A stretch of DNA of 64,000 nt from Fimicolochytrium jonesii (Eukaryota). Position 1 is the stretch's first letter. Every line of letters starts with the position of its first letter. The notes beneath the pieces were generated by a model. It was not told the DNA's origin. It was given only the letters and a program-made list of their open reading frames with translations, and made no database searches. Shown in pieces: positions 25,001-33,173 of the stretch. The DNA is taken from positions 434,001-498,000 of the forward strand of contig NW_026515684.1 in NCBI RefSeq assembly GCF_025526975.1. The letters are read 5' to 3'. Position numbers and translations under genes: made by a program.

Positions 25001-25117
25001 GTATTCTTCAGGAATGATGGCCTTCGGATCTTTTGGAGGAGTGGTCGCCAGGGCTTGGGAATCTGACTTGGTCGGATTGGCGTAGGCAATGAATGCCTGG
25101 TCATGCCTTGCCGCCAC
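22031..25117 (-). CDS. pol: Family B pol, open RT-RNase H-integrase-chromodomain reading frame (1028 aa)
   Basis: Uninterrupted ORF with YLDD, ESDASD, GHYG..C..C, MDF..SDRG..TER and a chromodomain. The upstream protease (25340-25699, LLDTGA) is separated by a stop and frameshift. Confidence 0.95.
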   Translation of the reverse strand: MAARHDQAFIAYANPTKSDSQALATTPPKDPKAIIPEEYQDFADVFAKKNADTLPEHRPYDCPIDLEEGKQPPFGPIYSLSEPEMQALCDYLEENLAKGFIKHSKSPAGAPVLFVKKKDGSLRLCVDYRGLNNITIKNRYPLPLINSIMDRLRGARRLTKIDLRGAYNLLRIRPGDEWKTAFRCRYGLFEYNVMPFGLTNAPGVFQHLMNDIFRDILDVFVVVYLDDILIFSKNPEDHPNHVREVLSRLRQHGLYAKPEKCEFNRDSVEFLGLFISQQGISMDPKKTAAITEWEPPTNVKGIQRFLGFVNFYRRFIKGYSAIVAPLTTLTRKDLPFKWTHAAHLAFETLKKAFTSAPILTHPDPDKPFIVESDASDFALGAVLLQPDDTDQLHPVAFHSRKFTPEEINYEIYDKELLAIQDSFAQWRHHLIGARHKVIVYCDHKNFQYFMTTRTLNRQQSRWSIFFADFDSVITYRPGTQQHQADALSRRSEYELREGEEAFRSQETTILTPDHRRLAATYLTPLDSSLLDQIKAALASDVFAQTIRRQLRAPIAQQSQEDQERIKRFSEENGVLLYDNLVYVPTNKLRAEICRDMHDTRLAGHYGMSKTLELISRNYWWPSQWRFVKFYIRSCDVCAQAKTSRHKPYGLLQPLQVPDRPWGSISMDFITDLPASDGVDSVLVVICRFTKMAHFVPCRKTATAESTADLIWHHVIRLHGLPDDIVSDRGPQFNSHFWKRLFALLGTKVNLSSAFHTQSDGQTERTNQILEQYLRCFCNYQQDNWKELLSSAEFSYNNTIHSATQTTPFYANYGFHPRFSLASATTTESLNPAAEARANHLKEIHEQLATELKEAQGRMKRFADAKRAPGPDMKPGDSVWLLQRNLKTLRPSQKLDHRKIGPFTITEKINSVTYRFKLPPSYKIHNVFHVSLLEPRFTIPERTEPEPTPPEEVEGQEEWIVEDILDSRIRRTHLQYLIKWQGWPSSENTWEPVEHLARCQELVAQFHQKYPDKPRPKPANIKTTSGGHG

Positions 25118-25857
25118 ACGGAAAGCTGGGGCGCTGATAAACGATACGTGGATCGGTGTGGGTGCTGGGTCCAGTGTGTTGGGTGTCTGGGCTAGGGAGA
25201 CTGAAATCTTGTCTTGATGGATACGGATCAGAGGTTCAGGGGTTCTTGAGGGCTTCGGGCTAGGTTCTGTTGGCAGGGCATCCCAGGAGGCGTATTGTTC
25301 AAAACCGCAATGGCAGCGGACGCAAAGAGTGCGAGTCTTCTAGTGTAGCTCCACATCATGGAGCTCAAACCAGGGAAGCCCCAGGATGATTGGCGCATGC
25401 GGGGAACATGTCACATGGAATACCACCTCCTCAAAATGGTCGTTGACCCACATGCCCAAAGGTTGGGTGTGATGGGTAATGGAGCCCGCATGGCTGGGAC
25501 GTCCGTCAACCAGTTCAAGCGCAATGGGGTCCTCCTTCTTGACAAGTGGGATGCGGTGCTTGCGGGCATAACTTTCGTCGATGAAGCACGACATCGCACC
25601 GGTGTCAAGTAGTGCTGAAAGCTGAACTGGAGCTCGCTGGGCCGATATCTGCAGGGTAACAGGGTACTCGAATGGTGAGGATGGGCCCAAAATCCGCATG
25701 GGTGAGGGTATCTCAGATCAGAGATTGACATTGTTGGTGGTCAGGAGAAGGGTGTTGCTGGAGATGCCAGGATCGGAGCAAAGTTTTGTGGCTTCTCCCT
25801 TGGCAGTACTTGCGTGGTGAGAAGGCCCAGGACAGGTGTTGCCCAGCTGCTCGGCCT

Positions 25858-26785
25858 TTACTGCAGCTGGACTTGGGCAAAATCCTGGATGGGTGCAGGT
25901 TCCTTAACCGCGACATTCGCCGTGCGTATCTTGTTCGGGCAGAGTTTGGCTATGTGGCCAGGTTTACCACAGTAGAGGCAAAGTTTGTTTGTGATGCGGT
26001 GTTGGCGCTCTAGCGGTGTGAGGGGTCCTCGCGGACGAGCAGCGTCAATGATCATAGGGTCGTCTGGGCGGTTGTCGGGGCTCATGAGGGTGGGGCTAGT
26101 GGTAACTGGCACATATGGCTGTCGGTTCCTGCTTCGCTCTAGACGGCGCTCAAACAATCGGTTGTCACATTGGATGGCCTGTTCCATCACGGTGTCGATT
26201 GAGGCGGTAGGGGGCATCGTGAGCATTAAGTCCTTGACGTCTTCTTTGAGGCCGCGACGGAAGGTGGCAATCAATGCCTGGTCATTCCACAACACATCGC
26301 ATTGCAGCTGTCGGAATTCAGCTACATACTCTGTTGCTGCACGGGTTTGTCGAAGGTTCTGGAGCTTGTTTTCGGACTGTGCGGATCCTGTCGCTGTCTC
26401 CAAAGACTGCTTGCATTCGCTGGATGAAATCATCCAGGTTCGTAAGGGAATGATGGTCTTGTTTGACAAGGGGCGCCAGCCAGGCCTGCGCGGTGCCAGT
26501 GAGGTAGGTGCCAATAGTTCGTATCTAGGTCTGATCGTTGGGGTAGCGCCTGGGTTGGAGGGCGAACATGAGCCGGATCTGGTTGAGGAACCCACGGAAC
26601 TTGCTTCGGGTGCCATCAAATTTGTCTGGGAGACTGATTTTGGGTTCGGGGGCGTGGGTGGCAGGGGCAGTGGTCTGGGTTTGCGCTAGTTCGGCTTGTA
26701 GGGTGGTATTCTGTGCTCGAAGTTCGTCAATCGCATTGCACATGGCTTGCCAGGCTTCGGCCGTGAGGGGAAGGGCGTCGGACAT
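25858..26785 (-). pseudogene. gag: Family B gag with one frameshift
   Basis: MSDALPL...PDKFDGTRSKFRGF through CLYCGKPGHIAKLC; the reading frame shifts between the two ORF-track segments; G_GAT_TTT at 25879-25885. Confidence 0.92.
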
Positions 26786-27367
26786 GGTGATTTGGCGTGG
26801 AGGTACAGCGGCTGGGGGTTGTTGAACAGATCAAACCGTTATGAATGGGCGGAGCCGACGGAAATAGAGGCGACTTGTGGTGCAGGTTGTTGACAGGTAA
26901 TGGTATTCAGACCGAAACAAGAACTAGAACAGGACTAGGAAGAACTGGTGTTGATCTGCTGGGGGGTCAGGAAGTGGGGAGCTCAGGGGAGGCGGCTATT
27001 TATGCTTTTCTGGGAAGGCTGGGGAAGCGTGGGGAAGCGGAAGGGTACGGAATGAGAGGGAAGCCAAGAGAAGCGCCAAGGGTGGGGGAAGCATAGAAAC
27101 AGAAGACTGGGGATGGGGTGGCTACGCTGAGGCTGTGGGCGGGTACGTGGGGAAGTATGGAGAAGGGTTTGTAAGCGCCGAGTGTTGGGAGGTGTGGCTA
27201 CGTGCGGCTGCGTGGAGAAATGAAGGCAGTGGCAGGTGTGGGGTAGCGCGGCTGCGTGCGGCTGCGAGGTTTGGCAGATGTCAGGTTTTGACAGGGAATT
27301 GACATTGACTGACTGTTGGGATGCTGTCATGAGGTAAGCGCATGGTATGGACGCGTCGTCCATAACA

Positions 27368-29079
27368 CGAGATCCCATAGATCTAACTTTTCCGAAATGA
27401 CTGTGTCGAGAATCATGTATGATTCTTTGTCGGCCAGCCATATCTGCTTCGGTTTGATACGTTTCTTGGGAAATTTGTGCTTTTCGACGTATGTCTTGTC
27501 AAGGAATAACCCAGTTGCGCCGCTATCGAAAAGAACACGAGCAAACTTGTTTCCGATGCGACAATGAGAGACCCAGAGTCCAGCAGACAGGGCTTCAAAG
27601 GCAGGTTTATCGGTAGGATCGTATGTTGTAGGCCGAGCAGAGCTACCGAGGGGCTCCATTGACCTTGGAAAAAACTCAAAGATTGATTTGTAGTAGTATT
27701 CGTAGTATTTGCCAAATTGACGGCGTCATTGAGAATTTCCGTAATGCGTGACCCAGCATCAACCTGATTGGCTGAACCTTGTTGCTGATTAGGTTGGCGA
27801 CTGCGCTGCGGAGTTTGAGCGCCACGACCGCGCTGTCAAAAACCACCGTGTCGGTTCTGGGTTTGCGAGCCTTGCTGTCGATTTTTGGGATTTGACCAGC
27901 ATTCAACTCTCCAATGTCCCATTTTGTTACAAAGGGGACAAGGAGTCGTTGGATGTTGACGAGGAACGTGAGTAGTTTGCCATTGTCCATGTTGACAAAA
28001 GGGCTGTGGACGTTGGTAGGGAACTTGACCTGTAGTGAGACAACCCACTCCAGGGGGATAGTATGACGTACCGAGGGCATTGAGCCCAAAGGTCATATCA
28101 TATATGTCTTGCTCGAATTCCGTAATTCAAGGATTGGTGTAAGGGGCGAATCGTCCGCCACGACCACTGCCACGACTACCCCAACCGCGACTTGCTCCAC
28201 GGCCGCCACAAGCACTAGTTGCCGAGGCAATCGGGCGAGGGGCATTGGCTTGGTTGCCGTCAGTGAACCCATGAGCCACATGAGCACGACGGGCTGCAGT
28301 GATAGCTTGATCGAGAGTGATAGGGGTGTTGATGTTAGTAGTCTGCAAGACTTTGAAGTTCGTAACGGCTTCAGCGAGATAATGACCGATTACTGTATTC
28401 TTGAGAAGACCGGCCTTGAAGTATCGAATCTGATCAATAAGGGGAATGGTGCCTTGATTGTTATCGAGACGATGAGCAGCTTCGAGCTTGTTATTGGTGT
28501 CCTGAATCTCCTTGATATATTTTTCGAGAGAGTCACCGAGCTTGAGGCCGGAGAGCTTGAGCTCAATAGTATTACGCAAGTTGCGAGGATAAAAGTGAGC
28601 GACAAGAGCCGTTTGAAAAGCTGTCCAACTTGCGGGGGCGCTGGTGGCGTAAGTCGTATTGTACCACTCGAGAGCAGTACCCTTGAGGTAAGTAGTGAGC
28701 GTAGGGGCATACTCTGCCATAGTAAAGGGTATGGCGTTGGCAGCTCCAGTACCGTCTGTTCCAGCTGCTACAGCCAGGACAGTGAGAGACTCGAGGAAGT
28801 TGCTGTGAGACGTAACAAACTCTTTGATCTTTTTGGCAGCTTTGGCGCCATCGTATTCAACGAGCTTGTTCTTGCGAGCGTGCAGAAGAAGTCTGAAACG
28901 TTCGGCTCATTAACCGTCCTGCGTAACAGCAAGCTCTCGAATAGCGAAAGCAGCTGCGACAGCCGCAACAATAGCTTGAGTTTGTTGGTCCATTCTTGCT
29001 TGTGAACGTGTGTAAGGGCGACGTCCGGTAGAGGGGCGACGTTGACGAGGAATGTCTTGGTGATGTTAGGGGTAGGTGG
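27368..29079 (-). pseudogene. gag: Family C gag and protease N-terminus
   Basis: YLKGTALEWY, YFKAGL, knuckle CPLCNKMGHWRVEC; T_TTT_TTC at 27668-27674 leads into the -1 frame VLFDSGATG. Confidence 0.9.
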
Positions 29080-29362
29080 TGCTACCATGTAACGTCAGAG
29101 GAAACGTAGACGATATTGGGCCCTTCTGAGAGGGCTGAGATCAGTGTATTGTAGTGAAGAAAAAAGTAAGACGCTCTTCGCAGCGGCCGCTCAACTGACA
29201 GCTTTATATATGGGTTGCCAGTGGGGCTTGCGTGGCTTCAGTGAGGCTTGGCGCCTTATGTAATGTATCACCGAGAGCTCGGGTTGCCAGCCCGGGTCTC
29301 AGATCAAGTAGAAGTAAAGAGATATAATATGAAATACAAGTGAAGATGAGATATCCCCAACA

Positions 29363-30353
29363 GCTGGACTTTGGGAAAACCCTGTTCGGTGGAGGTTTCT
29401 TTGATGTTGATGTTGGCGGCACGGGTGGTGGTCTTGTTCTTGACGGGGCAGGTCTTTGCAATGTGCCCCGCGCCACCGCACTAAAGGCAGAGGTTGTTGG
29501 AAATGCGGCGTTGGCATTCCTGAGCGCTCAGAGGGCCGCGGGGACGAGCGGCGTCAATCTGCATAGGCTCGTTGTGGTCGACGGTGGTGGTAGTGGTAAA
29601 CAAGGTATGGGGAACTGGGAAGGTCTGGCGGCTTCTGTTTCGTTCCAGGCGGCGCTCAAACAGTCGGTTATCACACTGGATAGCCTGCTCCATCACCGCA
29701 TCAATGGTGGCAGCAGGAGGCATCGTGAGCCTCAGGTCTTTGACGTCTTCTTTGAGGCCACGGCGGAAGGGAGCAATCAGGGCCTGGTCGTTCCAGGAGA
29801 CATCGCATTGTAGCTGGCGGAACTCAGCGATGTACCCGGTTGCTGCACGGGTTTGGCGAAGGTTCTGGAGCTTGTTTTCAGAGTTGCGGACCCTGTCGCT
29901 GTCTCCAAAGACAGATTGCATCTGACTGATAAAACTATCGAAGTCCTGAAGGCTGTGATCTCGGCGTTCGACTAGGGGCGCCATCCAGGCTTGCGCAGTG
30001 CCGGTGAGGTAGGTGCCAATCGTTTGGATCTTGATGATGTTGCTGGGGTAGCGGTCAGGCTGGAGAGCAAACATAAACCGAATGTTGTTCAACCACCCAC
30101 GGAATTTGCTGCGGGTACCATCAAACTTCTCGGGCGAGCTGATTCTTGGCTCCAGAGCAGGGTTGGTGACTTGGGGACGGGTGTACGTATCGGCTTGAAC
30201 CTGGGCAGCGATGCTCTGGGCAGCTTGTGCGTCGGCTTGGGCTTGCGCTAGGTTGGCCTGCAAGTTGGCGTTTTGGCTTTGCAAGGCAGCGATGGCTTGG
30301 CACATATCATTCCATTGCTCGGCGGTGAAAGGTACGGATTCGGATTGGGACAT
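29363..30353 (-). pseudogene. gag: A2 gag (premature TAG in the zinc knuckle)
   Basis: Highly similar to 11640-12638; stop at 29481. Confidence 0.93.
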
Positions 30354-30421
30354 GGCGAAAAGGTTTGGCAGATGCAAGGCTTGACGGGTTCTGAACTTCG
30401 CAGTGTTGGAGCAGATCAAAC

Positions 30422-30951
30422 TGTTATGACCTCGACAACTGAGGCGGAAGCGAAGTAGAGAAGACAAGGCGAGAGCGATAGGCGACGGGAGATTGTATTG
30501 GCGAAACAAGAGACAAGGACTAGAACAAGAGATGAGAAGAACTGGTGTTGATCTGCTGGGGAGGAAGGGAATGGACGAAGAGAGGCAGGCTATTTATAGA
30601 TAGACAACCCAGCAGATCAAAGAACAACAACAACAAGAGGGGACTGGGGGGGCGCCAGCTATGCTCCTAAAGCGGCCGTGGCGAGCGTAGAGGGCATTGC
30701 TACAGCTGCTGGCTATGGAGAAGTAGTGGGGGGTGTGGAGAGGCCGTGGGGGGATTGGCAAAATGAGAGGAGGGAGGAGGAGTGGCGATATTGCCGGAGG
30801 ATTGGCGAAATGAGAGGAGAGAGGGGGAGTGGCATTGACGTTGACATTGACACTGACATTGACACTGACATTGACATTGGCGTTTGACATTGGCGGCTGT
30901 CAGTGTGCTGTCATGAGGTAAGCTTATGGTATGGGCGCATCGTCCATAACA
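30422..30951 (-). repeat. 5' LTR of A2 (530 bp)
   Basis: TG..CA termini, followed on the minus strand by the PBS GTTTGATCTGCT. Confidence 0.95.
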
Positions 30952-31677
30952 CAACGTGCAGTTCCACAACCTCCTCCACCAATTGAAGAACGCGGACAAT
31001 CTGAATGGGTTGTGGAGGATATCATCGATGAGCGACGCGCCGTATGAAATCTTCTAGTCAAATGAACCGGTTTATCCTGACCCTACATGGGAACCCAAAT
31101 CCGCACTTTGATACACGCCTGCCTACAAACGATGGCGTAAAGCTTATCCACAATCTTTGTGGATACGGAGACGAGCAGCATAAAAGCACCAGGCCAGCGT
31201 GACGACGCAAGAACCGATCGTCTCATGACATATCACACGCACGACGCCGCCAGAACCGCTCACTATCAATCACACCGCTGACAATAGCAATGTAAACTAC
31301 ATCGCATCACGCGCGGCGATGCAAGAACTCACCTTACACACATTAAACACAACGTCCGCTTAGGCACGCCTTTGCCTCAAACAAACACACATTACACAGT
31401 GCGTCAAAACTATAAAATGAACATGAGCTCTCCCTTTCTTCACATATCCCTCGTAGTTCACCTCTTATTTATTCAGTGCCCTCCTCAGGATCTGAGGGAG
31501 GTATCGGGGATATCTCACGTTCATTTGTATTTCATATTATACTTCTCTACTTCTACGTGATCAGAGACTCAGGCTGGCCACCCGAGCTCTCGGTGATACA
31601 TTAGATCAGGCGCCAAGCCTCATTGAAGCCACGCAAGCCACACTGGCAGCCCATATATAAAGCTGTCAGTTGAGCGG
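30952..31677 (+). mobile_element. 3' fragment of another family C copy (chromodomain, 3' UTR, PPT, partial LTR from 31502)
   Basis: Homologous to the reverse complement of ~17520-18155. Confidence 0.9.
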
Positions 31678-32023
31678 TGTGAAAGTGGTCGATTATTCCC
31701 GGAGATAGGTCCTAAATCAGGTCGTTCGCAGGCGGAGATGGTCTACTTGTGGCAAGTGCAAGGTAAAAGGTAGAGACCAACTAAATCCCTATTCTCACCA
31801 CACAAGTAGACACGCTTGGGCGTCCTCTGTATATTGGCAACCCAGGACTGCTAGGCGTAGGTACGCTAGTCAGTTGGGTCAAATGGGCACTTATGGTACA
31901 GACTTATGGTCTAGTCTATAGCCGGTAAGATGCTCCCCAGGCAATCTACGCCAGTGTCGTCCTTTTTATAGTGGGGGGGGAAGGGAGTGTGTCCCTATCC
32001 TACTACTAATTACGTTGGTCACA
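31678..32023 (-). repeat. Possible solo LTR of another family
   Basis: TGTGA...TCACA termini and a TATAAAA on the minus strand; it interrupts the C LTR. No TSD or second copy seen. Confidence 0.4.
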
Positions 32024-32217
32024 CGCGCACAAATACTAATCTTCCCTTGAATCTCCCCATCTCCTCGTACGCCGTCGACCTGATCACTTTCACAACGTAT
32101 TCATCATCAGTTTCAAAGTCTCTGAGTCTCCAGCCTTCGTGTGTTTGGGCTAGATTCGTCTGTTTGGAGCATGTGGACACGTTTTGTGATGACGTTGTAT
32201 TGTTGACCGTGTTTTGG

Positions 32218-32550
32218 GTGTGCAGGCTCAACATGCGTAACGAGGAGTTCCAAACGCCTTCCAGTTAGCCTTCTATCCTACGAATGCAAAAACCAACGCT
32301 CTCAACGAATGACTTCTATAAGGCAATGGATTCGTATGTTACGGAGTTCAAACGCAACCTGGAGGTTATGCACTCCTGACGATTTGGATAACTTGTGTAT
32401 TCGTGGCCTTACCCGTGATAAGAACAACTGCAATGTAGACGGGCGTTTACAGGGCTCACAAGGTGATGTCCGCCTATACTGCAGTGGTAACAAAGGATAG
32501 ACAGACGAGATGATGTGTTCCGTGCTAGTAGAGAGGTACTTGCTTAAAGG
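32218..32550 (+). pseudogene. Decayed gag relic of family D
   Basis: CRLNMRNEEFQ..FQLAFYPTNAKTNAL..MDSYVTEFKR matches the 713-1447 gag. Confidence 0.8.
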
Positions 32551-33173
32551 AATCCATCATCGCCTATAAAAAATAAGAGATCCGCAAACGGTGTGTCATT
32601 AGCTATTGAAGAACACGCTGAGTGTGACTTGGGCGCCATGTTTGTTTTGAAATGCTTTTCTGTCAAACTGACCAGACACATTGAGCAGTTGTCAGTGCAC
32701 GTTTTTGGCCAGCATTTCTTGGGTGTAATGTGTGTTCCCACGGAGAAGCTGGGGTTGCAGGAAAAAGGAATAGATCAAAGGAAACCTGTGCGTGGGGAAC
32801 GACTGCGAAGTGTCTGCCCCCAAAAGCTTTCAAAGTGGTGTGGTAGGACATTTATTCAGAAACAAGCATCCCTTTCCTTACACAAAACACATAGAAAACA
32901 CCAATACCCAGGCGCTCACCCCCAAAAACTATATGTAACCTGCCGACAATCGGGAATCGAACAACCGGCATACCACCGGCATGCATTGCTGGCAACCAGC
33001 TCGATACTCATATATACACCTCTCCTCATAATACCGGTGTGACTCCGCACCCCCTCCCCCCATCCCCGACTCCCACCTCCTATTCCGCCCAGGCCAAACA
33101 AGCAGCACCCCACGCACCTATCGCCCCCTCCTCGGCGACGAACTGGGCGGCAGGGCGCCGCTCCCTGGGCGCC

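Larger units (their letters stand above)
21488..27367 (-). mobile_element. Chromovirus family B, youngest insertion, inside the protease of C
   Basis: 531-bp LTRs at 21488-22018 and 26837-27367 with about 3 differences by eye; TSD CGAGA at 21483-21487 and 27368-27372; PPT at 22019-22032. Confidence 0.97.
17423..29362 (-). mobile_element. Chromovirus family C, full-length degenerate copy inserted in A2
   Basis: 275-bp LTRs at 17423-17697 and 29088-29362; TSD GCTGG at 17418-17422 and 29363-29367; PBS TGGTAGCA at 29087-29080; PPT TGAGGGAGA at 17706-17698. Confidence 0.95.
13357..30951 (-). mobile_element. Chromovirus copy A2 (outer element of the nest)
   Basis: LTRs 30422-30951 and 13357-13870; gag 30353-29363; pol ~17410-13883. 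Interrupted by element C at TSD GCTGG. Confidence 0.9.
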
